The notes under the pieces: generated by a model
Databases searched by the model: none
The model's input: the letters and a program-made list of their open reading frames with translations, nothing else
Told to the model about the DNA's origin: nothing
Made by a program: the position numbers and the translations under genes
Part shown: positions 13,779 to 28,120 of the stretch, piece by piece
How positions within the stretch are numbered: the first letter of the stretch is position 1
How the letters are laid out: each line of letters begins with the position of its first letter
Assembly (NCBI GenBank): GCA_951406725.2
Contig: CATOCA020000001.1
Coordinates: forward strand, 10,478,001-10,542,000
DNA: 64,000 nucleotides
Origin: Octopus vulgaris
Taxonomy: Eukaryota
Direction: 5' to 3'

Positions 13779-15384
13779 GTGAGTTTTTAATTATATTACC
13801 TCATCGATTTCCATAAAGATTCTGTCATATTTCACTGATAGTAAATTTACCATGAGCTTATATGAAGTAAATTAGGTATTTACAGTTTGGGGGGACATTT
13901 GATATTTCTTTCCTCTACACCTGTGTAGAATTAATTATTACTCACTTGGGATGAAATCTATGTCATTAAGGTGTCTTCAAATATTTTCCACATCAGATGA
14001 CATTCTGATGTACGTAGATGTGGGCAGTTAAAATTAAAGATTACCAGCAGCAATGTTTCACAGAGAGAGTAGGTGCTTGTTGTTTGAAGTGAAATGGTGT
14101 GAAATGTATTTGAAGACAGATATTTGATGATTAACCTTGTTGACACTGGAGGTGAGCAGAAAATTATAAGAATGTTTGATTAGTGAGTTCTACTGTAGAT
14201 GTGAAAACGCCATGTCATTGATGCGTCACAAATACGCAGGTTGATGTGGGCAGTTAAAATCAAAGAGTACCAGAAGCAATATTTCACAGAGAGAGCAGTT
14301 GCTTTCTGTCTAACGGTAAGTGGTGTGACCAGTTTTTGTAGATCGATATATGGTTATCCACTTGCTTGACATTGGAGTTGAGCAGAAAACGAGAAGTTTG
14401 GTTCGTGAGGTTTACTACGGTAGAGGTGAAAACGTTATGTCATAAATGTGACAGAAATACCACCTTGACCATGATCGACTGACTGAGTGTATTGACGACA
14501 CTAGAAATCACAGTGCACCCTCCACTTCTGTCTTCATATTGACCTTCTCACCTACGTAGCATGTCGTATTTCGTCAAACACTCACTTTTGGATTCGCTCT
14601 CAGTGACCTCCTTTGCTCGTGTATATAACTCTCAACAACTGAGCATCTCTTAATATTTTCAGTGAGCTGGTTACCTGTCCCATCTGAAATTTTGTCATAA
14701 GTTTTTAGTGATGATGTCTCTCACACCTGATTTCCCTCTGATCGCCTCACTCTTGATGTGCAAATTTAGCAACACTCCCAAACCTCGATTTTTCGATTGT
14801 GCTTTGGGCCATTATCAGACTCACATCCTCCATCTTCGTTGTGTAACAGCTTTCAAACCTGTTGTAAATTGCCGGTAAATAGGTGTTGTTGAAGAGGTTT
14901 ATGTGGTTGGTCCAATCCGACTTCGTTTTGAGACCAACTTTCATATATCAACGCAATGTATTGTGACATCCAACATAATTTAACAATATTGCAATTACTT
15001 CACGTAATTATCTATTTATAGCAATGTTTTTCAGTAGTTGAGTTATCCTCTCTTTATACCTGTGCCTTAAACTCCCTGAAAATCAGAGAAATACGGAAGG
15101 AAAGAGAAAACTAAAAGCAAAATATTCTTATAAAGAGACAATGAAATTAAATAATTACAATATTGTTGAATTATATTTGATGTCTGAATACAAAGAGTAT
15201 AGATAGGAAATTAGTTAATATTTTGGTGGCTCTTAATATAGAGTTTTGTTATATTGAAAGCGTGCATAATGGTCAGCCGTTGACCATTGACAATAGAAAT
15301 AAGTCACAATAGTGAAATATAGATTATTAACAAAGATAAGCACATCATCCTATACAACGCAAACCTTGAAAATATTCATTTCAG

Positions 15385-15465
15385 ATATTCCAACACAAAT
15401 TCACAGTGCCAGTCCCGTTCCCCATTCTCAATTACATTCTGGAGTAGATGAATCAGAGGAAGATT
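15385..15465 (+). CDS. Phase 1-1 micro-exon, 81 nt (IPTQIHSASPVPHSQLHSGVDESEED)
   Basis: aatattcatttcAG / GTaagtat, open frame. Confidence 0.7.
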
Positions 15466-17260
15466 GTAAGTATGAAATAATTTCAAGTTACCGATTTCTA
15501 TACATTTCACCTTCTCCCGAGCTTTTGTATGTTAGAACGACTGAGTACAGATTCTATTCCTTAATTAGATTCGAAAGTTTTGTTGTATAATAATTCTATT
15601 CAATATATCGATATTACAGAAATTTCACAAAATATCCAACGAGGTTAGCGTGGTTTGTAAAATGAAAAATTGAAACGGGAATATATTTAGTATAGTTTTA
15701 AGAAAGAGAGAACTAAGCTAATTTGTTTAGGAATATAAATTTAGAGTTAATGACATCTGATGTGACATCTGATATTTCTTTCCTCTACACCTGTGTAGAA
15801 TTAATCATTACTCACTTAGGATGAAATCTATGTCATTAAGGTGTCTTCAAATATTTTCTACATGAGATGACATTCTGGTGAACGTAGATGTGGGCAGTTA
15901 AAATCAAAGATTACCAGCAGCAATGTTTCACACGGCGAGTAGGTGTTTGTAGTCTAAAGTGAAATGTATTTGAAGATAGATATTTGATGATTAACCTTGT
16001 TGACACTGGAAGTGAGCAGAAAATTATAAGATTGTTTGATTAGTGAGTTCTACTGTAGATGTGAAAACGCCATGTCATAGATGCGTCACAAATACGCAGG
16101 TTGATGTGGGCAGTTAAAATCAAAGATTACCAGAAGCAATATTTCACAGAGAGCAGGTACTTTCTGTCTAACGGTAAGTGGTGTGACCAATTTTTGTAGA
16201 TAGATATATGGTTATCCACTTGCTTGACATTGGAGTTGAGCAGAAAACGAGAAGTTTGGTTCGTGAGGTTTACTACGGTAGAGGTGAAAACGTTATGTCA
16301 TAGATGTGACAGAAATACCACCTTGACCATGATCGACTGACTGAGTGTATTGACGACACCAGAGATCACAGTGCACCCTCCACTTCTGTCTTCATCTTGA
16401 CCTTCTCACCTACGTAGGATGTCGTATTTCGTCAAACACTCACTTTTGGATTCGCTCTCAGTGACCTCCTCTGCTCGTGTATACAACTCTCAACAACTGT
16501 GCATCTCTAAATATTTTCAGTGAGCTGGTTACCTGTCCCATCTGAAATTTTGTCATAAGTTTTTAGTGATGATGTCTCTCACACCTGATTTCCCTCTGAT
16601 CGCCTCACTCTTGATGTGCAAATTTAGCAACACTCCCAAACCTCGATTTTTCGATTGTGCTTTGGGCCATTATCAGACTCACATCCTCCATCTTCGTTGT
16701 GTACCAGCTTTCACACCTGTTGTAAATTGCCGGTAAATAGGTGTTGTTGAAGAGGTTTATGTGGTTGGTCCAATCCGACTTCGTTTTGAGACCAACTTTC
16801 ATATATCAACGCAATGTATTGTGACATCCAACATAATTTAACAATATTGCAATTACTTCACGTAATTATCTCTTTATAGCACTGTTTTTCAGTAGTTGAG
16901 TTATCCTCTCTTTATACCTGTGCCTTAAACTCCCTGAAAATCAGAGAAATACGGAAGGAAAGAGAAAACTAAAAGCAAAATATTGTTATAAAGAGACAAT
17001 GAAATTAAATAATTACAATATTGTTGAATTATATTTGATGTCTGAATACAGAGAGTATAGATAGGAAATTAGTTCATATTTTGGTGGCTCTTAATATAGA
17101 GTTTTGTTATATTGAAACTGTAAAACGTGCTGTCCAAAAGCATAGTGGTCAGTCGTTGACCATTGACAATAGGAATATGTCACAATAGTGAAATATAGAT
17201 TATTAACAAAGATAAGCACATCATGTTATACAACGCAAACCTTGAAAATATTCATTTCAG

Positions 17261-17341
17261 ATATTCCAACACAAATTCACAGTGCCAGTCCCGTTCCCCT
17301 TTCTCAATTACATTCTGGAGAAGATGAATCAGAGGAAGATA
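17261..17341 (+). CDS. Phase 1-1 micro-exon, 81 nt (IPTQIHSASPVPLSQLHSGEDESEED)
   Basis: AG/GT intact; 3 nt different from 15385-15465. Confidence 0.7.
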
Positions 17342-18191
17342 GTAAGTATGAAATAATTTCAAGTTACCGATTTCTATACATTTCACCTTCTCCCGAGCTT
17401 TTGTATGTTAGAACGACTGAGTACAGATTCTATTCCTTAATTAGATTCGACAAGTTTTGTTGTATAATAATTCTATTCAATATATCGATATTACTGAAAT
17501 TTCACAAAATATCGAACGAGGTTAGCGTGGTTTGTAAAATGAAAAATTGAAACGGGAATATATTTAGTATAGTTTTGAGAAAGAGAGAACTAGGTTAATT
17601 TGTTTAGGAATATAAATTTCGAGTTAATGACAGCCATTTTTGTCACACTTTTTATCATGTTTACTTGAAGGTTATTATTGTTATTGTTGCTATTTGAACG
17701 GATGTTTCTCATAATCTAGAAGAATTATAATGAAATGCGTTCCAAGTGTAAACTCTCTGTTATGTTACACTGGTAGTAATTTTATTATTACATCCACTAC
17801 ACATTGTCTTTTCCCGAATAGAAAACATTTCTTTGCTACTGTGATAATCGGTATCTGCCTTTCTTACTTCATGAAAGATACAGGTTGCACGATGCAAGTG
17901 AATCACAGGCAACAGGCCGAACATTTCTCGTCAGATTTCCAGGCTCCTATGGACTAGATGAGTTGTCACTGTCCAAGTCAGTTCTTCTTCAGAACGAAAT
18001 TAGTTAATATTTTGGTGGCTCTTAATAAAGAGTTTTGTTATATTGAATCTGTAAAGCGTGCTGACCAAAAGCATAGTGGTCAGCCGTTGACCATTAAAAA
18101 TAAAGATATCTTACGGTAATGGAATATTTTTGATTGATAGATATAATCATATTATAGTGTAAAATGTAAAACTTGAAAATATATTTTTCCG

Positions 18192-18254
18192 ACACATAGT
18201 CGCAAACAACACTGTCTCCAAACTTTCCTATGCTTGAAACAGAATCATTTGATC
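18192..18254 (+). pseudogene. Dead 63-nt exon cassette, second copy
   Basis: Duplicate of 8610-8672 with the same lesions. Confidence 0.55.
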
Positions 18255-21200
18255 ATGAGTATAAAATATCATTACCTTATCGATTACTGTAAATTTTAAC
18301 TTTACTGAATGACTGACAACATCTTCCAATCCAAATTTTGCATTTGAAAAGTTTGATGCATAATAATTCTATTAAATATTCGTTGTGCAAGATTTTTTTA
18401 TGTGAAGTCGTTTGTTGAAACATATTATTATATTTCGGAATGGTCATTTTGCCAGTTTACCCAATAAAACATATCGATATTATTGTAATTTCACAAAATA
18501 TCCGATGTGGTGAGCATGGTTTGTAAAAGGGATAACTTCGAAGACAATAGATTTAATATTTCACTTTGGAAGAGAAAACTAATATTTGTAGTTGTTTAGC
18601 GATAAACATTCGTGTTAATGACATTTCTCTTTGTTTTACATTTTCTACTATGTTTGCTGATAGATTAATGTTGTTATTTTGGCTGATATTTCTAAAAAAG
18701 TACTTTGAAATGTATTTCAAGTATAAGCAGTCTGTTTTATTTCACAGATATTTCATTACATACGCTACACATTGCCCTTATCCAACTTACTTCTGTGATA
18801 GTTGTTGTCTATATTTCTTACTTCGAAACAGATACTGGTTGCAAGATACTATACAATAATTGACAATCTCTTCATCCTTCATCGTCTGATTACCACGCTC
18901 CCACCTCTTGAACGGATAGCAGACACATCTCAGTTAACCATTCTAGGTTTTATATGAGGGTATAATTTCCTAAAACCAACCATTTGATAAAGTGTCCTAG
19001 GTGCATTTTATTGTGGTACAAGTAAAAGAAACGTTGATGTCTTTCTAATAAAACCTCAAAGAAAGTCAGGAATTAAACTTTTAACTGAGAGATTGCAGCA
19101 AGAAGGAGGCAAGGGCAAAAACTGCATTATATAAGCATTATATAATAGTAAGGGTTTGTAGTATAAAATTGAAGGGATTTATGACTGATATAAGGCAGAA
19201 AGAGTTCACTTATGAAAGGAATCTGAATCACAATCAATTGGCCAATTGAAATTAGTTTCAATCCTTAATGACAAGCTTTACGTGGATGTACATGCTAAGA
19301 GATCACCTATACACCTACAAAATAATTGATATGTGATGGAAAGTGTGCAGAGGACTGGAAATCCCTGACTTTCTTGGTTTGAAGGACATGAAATGTCAAA
19401 CTGGGATCAACACAAAAAGAAGAATTGAAGTAATTGGAATGTTGTATGGCTCGATCGCTCTAAAGCATATGGTTGTGGACCATACAATTTATTGATGAAA
19501 TCAATGAACTTCTTTGACATACTGGGGCAATTTTAAGGTCTGATGATGAGCTGTTATAACAATTTCAAAAGGCAGCTCATTACAAACCATTTTACAGGGA
19601 CTGTCATCGGAATTGGAGCAGGGTGCACAATATTAATCCTTCAGTTTCGAGATGTTACTTAGATCAGTAGTCTGCTCAAAAGAAATGACCCAAGTGAAAG
19701 CACCAGACAAGACAGTCATGGATGACATAAAAATACTATGTAGAGACCAAAATGTTATGCAAATATTTCTGGATAGCCTGGGTGGACTGATTACTTTGTC
19801 AAGAATTTGACTTGAAGCAAATAAATAATACAATCTGTTATTTGTGGAAGATCAGCAGAACAAAGTGAAGTTCAAAGTAGCTGGAGAAACTATGCATACG
19901 TTTAGCTTTAAACTTATAAAAGTTTCGGCCAGTGTTGCGCTGCCTCTTTGTCCAATAATTGTAAGGGCATTAAGATGAAAACGAAAACATGGGAATGGGT
20001 TAAAAGAAAGAGAATATTCGAAACTTGCTGGCAAACGTAAGATTCAATGCTTCCAGTTTGATCTATATTTGCGTCATGCTTATATATGCTTAATTGTCAG
20101 TTATTGTGTATCATTGCGAATATGTTTATGCAATAGTATGTAGATGACCAGTTAAATGTAGTTAATAAGGTTTTGTGCAAGTGTACAATGTTTCAGGATA
20201 CCTGATGTCGCGATGTCAGATTGTTTGAAGTTGTCCAGTAATTAGAAATTGGTGTGCAGTAATTAATTGATTTATCTAATTTAGTAAAAAGTCGTTTCTG
20301 TTTTGTTTATTCGATAATTATTTACTTCATTCTCTGATAAAATTCGTGCTGGGGCGGGCTTATCTCAATTTTGTATGTCTATTATGTGTCGGAGAGAGAA
20401 ATCTTACCACATGTAGTTTAATTTCTACTCAGCCCTTTAATAGATCTATAACCAGAGGTAACTGGTTATAGCCTCAGTGAAAAATACAGATCTAACCCGT
20501 GAGATATTCCATTCTTTCATTTTGTTAATCATCACACAAGGAACTGCTAAAATGCTGCGTTTTGTTGTGTACGGCGGATTGTGGTAGCAGTCAGGGTAGA
20601 ATATGATATCTCTCCACCGTGCAGTTTGTAATTGTACATCTGATCTCCTTCTAGTGTTAACGACTTTTGTAATGGTCAAGTTAAACATTGCCAGATAATC
20701 ACGGATTTCTCTCTATAGTAGTAAGCTCAACTGGTGTATATCAGTATTTTCAGCTAGCGAGACTACTGGTGTAGCTATTTCTGTGTTTATCGACAATTAA
20801 TGGGACGGAAGTGTTTTGGAAATGGTGTTGTATGAACTGTGTGCAATATTTTAGTTAAATTAGGAAGATTTGAGTTATTATATCACGAATTATGTCGGAT
20901 GTTGCAGTTAAAAAATATTATCTCTTCATATCTTTTAACAATGTTTTAAACTTTTATTTTTGCTGTTGTCTTTTCTTAGATACAACATTAAATTTATCGT
21001 TCCATCCACTAAGCATTGTCTTTATCGAAGTAATGACTTTGGTTTTCTGCTGAGAAACCATTGTCTCTTTCTCTTTCAAGATAAATACTAGCTGCATATA
21101 ACAATACAATCGAATACATCCTCATCATTTATCGTCTGATGTTCTTTCTAAAATGTATTTGATGGGCGGTCTCTACCCAAGACACGTCCTATTCTGAGAT

Positions 21201-21707
21201 ACTATCCACCCCCATTGGTCGAGGAACATATGTCTCTTAAAGATACCCGCTTTTCTACCGATTGACTCTCAGGTTCAAGATCTGAAGCTCATTTCTCAAC
21301 ATTCCTTCCAGTTTTCTTGAGGTTCTCTCCACATTTACAGATCGGTGCTCTTTATACAGCTGATCTTATTCATACACATCACATGGTCATACTAGCACAG
21401 TCGTCTGTCTTGCGTACTACATACATGTGATAACTCTCGATTTTTATCTTAAAACATGTCAGCATTGTATACCTGCACACTGACAGTGACCATCCAGTGG
21501 AGCATGCTGTTTCCATTTTGTTCAAGACTTTACACGTCCTCTGTGTTCACAGCATATATTTCCCTACTATGTAGCATACACAGCTGTTCATACACAGGCT
21601 GCCCATTGATGATCAGAAACTCCAACAATAATAAAATATATATTATTAATATCTAGATATAAAATATTTTATAATAAAATTTAAAAACCTTGAAATATTT
21701 ATTTCAG

Positions 21708-21779
21708 GGTTTCCCAAGTCTCAGAACAAGCAAGTCCAGACAGAGGCATTTACTTCAAAAGATGCATCACAGCAAGTTG
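21708..21779 (+). CDS. Phase 1-1 micro-exon, 72 nt (FPKSQNKQVQTEAFTSKDASQQV)
   Basis: atatttatttcAG / GTgagtat, open frame. Confidence 0.75.
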
Positions 21780-22115
21780 GTGAGTATAAAATAACTAATT
21801 GAATTCTATCAATTTTACCTTCACCTGAGGCATTCATCGATTACTTAATAATACTAAGGAGAGATCAGAAGGATATGCAAATAATTCTGGTTAGACTGGA
21901 TTAACTCATTATTTGGGCAAAAGTGTGGTTTAAATCGAATAAGTAGTGCTGTGTATCGTTTGTAAATGATCAGCAGAAACAAGTGAAGTTACAAATAGCA
22001 GAGAAATCATGCCAAAAGCTTGAAGACAATGGTACGGTAGCTTGCTGAGAGACACGTCTTGAGGTAATAGGATCAAGGCACAAACTGTGATGCGGTTAAA
22101 AAACAACATATATAA

Positions 22116-22852
22116 ACTTTATATATTTAAAACTGAGAATGTGTGTCTGTCTGTCTGTCTGTCTGTGTGTTTCCCTAAAACTTGAGAACTACACAACCAA
22201 TTTCATTCAAATTTTACATATGCCTTACTTAGGGTCCGGGGAGTGTCATGGGCCAACGAAAATGTTCAACTTCTTGCCTAGAGCGAGCCCATAGCAATAT
22301 CATATCTTCTCCACTATTTCAGTATTACGTGTTAAAAGTGAAACAAAAATAATTCTCTATTTTATGTCAGATGCTTTCATTTTAACAATAAAAATAATAA
22401 TAACAATTGAATTATATGTAGTAAGTAATAATTAAAATCAAACTAAATTATAATATAATCGTAACATAACAAAAGGAAAAGTCGCAATTGGTATAAAATT
22501 GCATCAATGATTTGAACTAGAATAAGTGGTTTCACATGAATGGGAATTAAATTAAAAATAAAATTAGCGAGCAGAAATGGAATAGTCCAGATGGATAGTA
22601 AAAAGTTAAATTAAAGAAAAGACTATTGTCTATAAAGTATAAAATGCAGAGAAATAAGAAGAGCTAAAAATTCCAGTCTGTTATATATTTTGAGTATTGT
22701 TATCACTAGCGATATCAAGATATAACTTTGTATTTTGCATTTTATGTGTAGATGTATATTTATAGATATAAATGTAATATGTACACAAATATATACACAT
22801 ATATACATGCACTAGCACTATGACAACGGCAACGATGGGTCTTTAATGCTAG
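22116..22852 (+). mobile_element. Non-autonomous Helitron-like element (duplicate at about 28138-28875)
   Basis: 5' TATATA..(GTCT)n region, 3' CTAG|T terminus, interrupts older intron sequence. Confidence 0.5.
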
Positions 22853-22969
22853 TGCAAAATAAATTTGGCGCTTCCAGTTTGATTTATGTCTCTGTCTTGC
22901 TTATATATTCTTGAAAGTCAGTACTATTCCAAATATAATTCCTTTGCTGTAATAAGTAAATGAACGTTC

Positions 22970-23034
22970 ATATATATATATATACATATATGATACATAA
23001 ACATGTATATATATATATAATATATATAATATAT

Positions 23035-23081
<47 letters not shown>

Positions 23082-23083
23082 TA

Positions 23084-23125
<42 letters not shown>

Positions 23126-23250
23126 TATAAATATATATATCAACATACATCTATATATACATACATATACATATATACATTCACACACACATAAATATGT
23201 ATGTGTATGCGTGTGTGCGTGTGTGTATGTGCTTGTGTGTTTGTGTGTGT
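22970..23250. repeat. (TA)n/(TG)n microsatellite (paralog at 28993-29283)
   Basis: Directly visible. Confidence 0.95.
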
Positions 23251-23982
23251 ACAGATAATGAGTTTCTATACAAGAGTACCGTGTTTTGGGATACCTGATA
23301 TCACTTTCTGCTCCACTTGCTTAGGAGCAAACATTGTTCACCTGAAAATAACTGATTATTAAGGAGGATTAATGACATTGAAATATCTTCAAATGTTTCC
23401 AGAATCATATCCTATTCTGATGAATTGTGATGTGGGGATTTAAGGTTAAAGATTACCAGCAGTAACCTTTTAAAAAGAGAGCAGGTGTATATTAATCCTA
23501 CTTGATGTATTGTGACATGCGTTTATGGTTAGATGTTTGGAGTCCAGCTTCATTGACGTCAGAATGAGAAGAGGAGAAGAATGTTGATTAGAGAAATCTG
23601 CAGGTGATAAGACAAGGCCAAATCATTGATAGGGCTCCGACTGATGAAAGGGCAAATTAATCTAGGTGATTATCAGTGTTTTCAAATGAAAAATTAAAGA
23701 AGGTAATGATTAGATTATATAGATGTCTTAATAGGGTTATTGTTAGATTATGTAGGATGCCATAATTGGGATATATAGGAAGGTGAGTCTATTTAGTTGT
23801 GGACCTGTATATTGAGATATTACATGGTATTACTGTAGAAAGTATGAAAATGTCGACCCGAGCAGTACTGGTCACCAGCTGACCAGCAACGACAGGAATA
23901 CCTCACAAGAATAAAATTTTGATTATTAAGAAATATAAAGATGTTTTTCTATGAAGGGTAAAATTTAGAATATTTATTTCAG

Positions 23983-24033
23983 AGACGCCAGCACTTGTTG
24001 ACAATGAAGTTCAAACAGAAGTAGGACCAGTTG
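23983..24033 (+). CDS. Phase 1-1 micro-exon, 51 nt (TPALVDNEVQTEVGPV)
   Basis: atatttatttcAG / GTgagtat, open frame. Confidence 0.75.
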
Positions 24034-24379
24034 GTGAGTATAAATCAACATTACCTTTTTGATTTCTATCTAGTTTGCCATTACCTCATCTACTTTATTA
24101 AGGAGGATACGTGAGAAGTAAATGAGATATGTAAGATGTCTTAATTGAGAGCGGAGATTTAGGAATGCCAATCAATTTTGTTGAGGGCATCAATAATGGG
24201 CCCACTATCCGAAGTAGAGATGAGTAGCATATTGGAACCTGCATTAAGGAAATATAGGAAAATAATCCCTAAAATTTGGTTCATAATTTCCCCCCTGGCG
24301 TACAGCATGCTTCTAAAACCCCAAGATTCCGTGTTTGATTTCAGGCAGTGACGTGAATAATAATGATGATGATGATGAA

Positions 24380-24444
<65 letters not shown>

Positions 24445-24461
24445 TAATAATAATAATAATA

Positions 24462-26817
24462 GTTCAGCTGCTCAATGGAATTATGAGAGACCCAAAGAAA
24501 ACACCTGAATGGTTAGCACGTGGCATTACTTACCTACTCCCAAAGAATAACGAAACCAACCTTCCAAAAAACTATAGGCCTATAACCTGTCTATCCACCA
24601 CGTATAAAATCCTAACATCTATCCTGGCGGAGAAAACATATGCATTCATGGAGAAGAACGATATTCTCCCCATTGAACAAAAAGGGTGCCGCCGAGGCTC
24701 TTACGGATGCAAAGATCAACTGCTAATCAAGCGTATGATCCTTGAGAACTGTCACAACAAGCGCAGAAATTTCAGCACCGCATGGATTGACTATAAAAAG
24801 GCCTTCGACAGTATACCGCATCCATGGATCTTGAGATCGCTGGACATCTTCAAAATTTCCCCTGTGATTTCAAACTTCCTGAAGCACAATATGTCGTTGT
24901 GGAATACGAATCTCCAATTATACCACTCTAATGGAGTACTTGCCTAAGAAAATATAAACATCAACTGTGGAATTTTTCAAGGTGACTCACTTTCACCTTT
25001 AATATTCTGCATAGCCCTAATACCACTTACAAGTGAATTAAACAGAACAGGGTATGGGTATAAAATTGCCAATAAAAAAATAAGCCATCTATTTTATATG
25101 GATGACTTAAAACTTTATGGTAAAGACAATAATGAACTTGAAGGCCTATTGCACACCATGAAAGCATTCAGCGATGACATCGGGATGGAGTTTGGACTTG
25201 AGAAGTGTGCCAAGGCAACTTTCCAGAAAGGTAAAGTGAAGACCACAAATTCAGTCGTGTTAGATGTTGACACAGTCATAAGAGAGCTTGAGCAAGAACA
25301 AACATACAAATATTTAGGGATAAATGAAGGGTCTGGTATTCAGCATGCAAGCATGAAAGAGAAAATCAGGAAGGAATGTTATAGGAGAGTTCGTGCAGTC
25401 CTGAAATCTGAACTAAATGCACGTAACAAGGTGTTAGCTATAAATTCCTTAGCAGTTCTAGTTGTTACTTATAGCTACGATGTGTTGAACTGGAATATGA
25501 GTGAAGTAAAGAATATAGATAGAAAAATACGCAAGCTGCTGAGTTGTAATAGGATGCACTACCCAAAGGCAGACGTAGATCGCCTTTACCTTCCCAGAGC
25601 CCAAGAAGGTCGAGGCCTGATCCAATTTGAACTAGCTTACAAAACAACCACAATTGGACTGGCCAAATATCTCGAAATATCGAATGACTGGATGCTAAAG
25701 CTCGTGGAAAATCACGAGAGACGAAAGAAGCTTCATTCTATCATAAAGGAAAGCAAAAAATTTGCTATTGATCTCGTGCAGGATACCCAAACTGAACAAC
25801 CCGAGGGAAGTAGGGCAACTATTGTTGCAAAGAAGGTAAAAATGATGCCAATGAAGAAAGCGCACGAGCAATTGGCTGATAGGTGGGAGGAGAAACCTCT
25901 GCACGGCAAATATGTGACCCGCATCAAACAAGCTGATGTTGACCAGAAGCAAACCCATCAGTGGCTACGGAGCTCAGGGCTAAAAGCAGAGAGCGATGGT
26001 TTCATCCTGGCTGCTCAAGATCAAAGCCTATTAACCCGGAACTACCAGGCCAATGTGATGAAAAATGGAGCAGACCCAAAATGCCGATTCTGCAACGACA
26101 TGATTGAAACAGTGGACCACCTAATCTCTGGATGTAAAGTCTTAGCACCAGTGGAGTATAAATTAAGACATGACAGAGTTGGCCAATATCTCCACTGGCT
26201 AATAAGTCGGCATTACAATATCAAAACTGCCGACAAGTGGTATAATCACCACCCTGAGGCTGTAACTGAAGGAGAAAATGTAACCATTCTGTGGGACTTT
26301 CCAGTACATACAGACCGACCCATCAAGGCCAATAAACCAGATATTGTTGTGAAAGACCAAAACAATAAAGTTTGCTTATTGATCGACATGAGCATCCCCT
26401 GTGATCATAATATCTCAGCGAAAGAGTTTGACAAGCTCAGAAAATATAAAGACCTACTCATTGAAATTGAGAAAATGTGGCATCTCAAGGCAGTTACAAT
26501 ATCAGTGATCGTAGGAGCACTAGGAATGATCAAGAAGGGAACCGAAAATTATATGAGAATGATCCCTGGCTTACCAACCCTGCAAGAAGTGCAAAAGATT
26601 GTCTTAACTGGTACATCACACGTATTGAGAAGAGCATTGTCGATGTGAGAACTGTTGCTGCTCATGTATTTTAATTTAACTTTAAAAAAAAAAAAATGAA
26701 CGAACTACTGAGTTTGGTTTAATGGCTTACCAATGTATACTATGAGTTTCTTTGCCCTAGGAGTCGGGAAGACACTCGGCAAGAAATGGAAGAGAATTTG
26801 AAAGAAGAAAAAAAAGT
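24462..26817 (+). mobile_element. Dong/R4-clade non-LTR retrotransposon, 5'-truncated (RT, CCHC, restriction-like endonuclease)
   Basis: Motifs NYRPITCL, EQKGCRRG, AWIDYKKAFDS, GIFQGDSLSP, YMDD, CRFC..ETVDHLISGC, RHD, KPDIV, IVGALG. One in-frame TAA at 24945-47, with both ORFs in the same frame. (TAA)n on both flanks. Confidence 0.9.
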
Positions 26818-26870
26818 AATAATAATAATAATAACAACAACATCGAAAAATACCTTAGGAATTTCCCCAA

Positions 26871-26916
26871 AGCACCTGATGAAGGCTGCAGGGTATAACA
26901 GCCGAAACGTTGTGCT
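26871..26916 (+). ncRNA. Minimal type-I hammerhead ribozyme in a Penelope-type pseudo-LTR
   Basis: AGCAC-CTGATGA-A-GGCTG(loop)CAGCC-GAAAC-GTT-GTGCT: intact core, stem II, palindromic AACGTT stem III, stem I AGCAC/GTGCT. Confidence 0.7.
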
Positions 26917-26959
26917 AACAACAAACAAGATCAGGCCATATATTTAAATAAGGTAAATA

Positions 26960-28120
26960 ATTTTAGATAGCAGTTCCTAAAGAACCATTGTAATGGTACG
27001 AGAATGGTGTTTGTTGATGCCATGTGTCGCAGGCTATAAGGCATGGAAAATGATGGGAATATACAAGAGATGTACAGTGACCTAAAGCGAAATCAACCAT
27101 TCCCAGCCATGGACAGTTTGAAATGCCGAATGAAACGAAGAATCAAAATATTTCAGCTTAGTGATTTCATGAAGAAAGAGGAAGAAAGAAGTTGAGAGTT
27201 GTGTAAAGAAAGTAAGAGTTTAGAGTGCAACACGAGGTGATGCTGTACCACAGAACGTATAGAAACGTTGTACTCAGTTATGTTATAAGCATAACCTGGA
27301 AGAAGAGATTTGGGGTATAAAGGTGAACCGATTGATGACCTGTACATACAAGAAAGTGTTTACTTACCAAAGCAAGTGGCAGCAGGACAATTTCAATAGA
27401 GAATGGTAAGGTTTACATGGGCTTAGATATCAGCTACATATCTATAAAAGAATGGCTATCTGAGTAAATGTGTCCGGAGGACTGGAATCACCGGACCTCC
27501 AGCGTGTGCGCAACAAGCATTTTCAATCTGGAATTAATGCAAGAAGGAAAGGAGAATATAACTGATTTGAAAGATGTATGGCCTGATCTGGCTAATGCTT
27601 ATTGTTCTATACCATAGAAATGGTTGATGGAAGCAATGAACGATTAATAGGAGATTAAAGATCTGATTAGGAGCTGCTATAATGATTTCACAATGCGGTT
27701 CATCACAGAAAATGTTACAACACACTGGCATCGTGTTGAGACAGGAATTTGAATAGCCGTATGTTGACAATATGAGCCATTTGGTTTGAGATGGTTATGA
27801 GGATGTTACTTATATCAGCAGAAAGGGCTCAAGTGAATTACAACAAGAAGGCATTCATGGATTACTTAATAATACTAAGGAGAGATCAGAAGGATATGCA
27901 AATAATTCTGGTTAGACTGGATTAACTCATCATTTGGGGCAAAAGTGTGGTTTAAATCGAATAAGTAGTGCTGTGTATCGTTTGTAAATGATCAGCAGAA
28001 ACAAGTGAAGTTACAAATAGCAGGAGAAATCATGCCAAAAGCTTGAAGACAATGGTACGGTAGCTTGCTGAGAGACACGTCTTGAGGTAATAGGATCAAG
28101 GCACAAACTGTGATGCGGTT
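26960..28120 (+). mobile_element. Degenerate Hero/NeSL-like non-LTR RT fossil
   Basis: WPDLANAYCS, RFIT, AFMDY remnants with frameshifts. Confidence 0.6.

Larger units (their letters stand above)
1378..21731 (+). repeat. Nested tandem segmental duplications
   Basis: 1378-5447 matches 11673-15754; 13895-15754 matches 15762-17632; 8415-12150 matches 17996-21731; 7210-8420 matches 3690-4920. Confidence 0.9.

Noticed and set aside
22968-23150. Tyr/Ile-repeat ORFs (also 28924-29220)
   Set aside because: Translations of (TA)n microsatellites.
24363-24461. Poly-Met/poly-Ile N-terminus of the 194-aa ORF
   Set aside because: Translation of the (ATG)/(TAA) target microsatellite, not part of the element.
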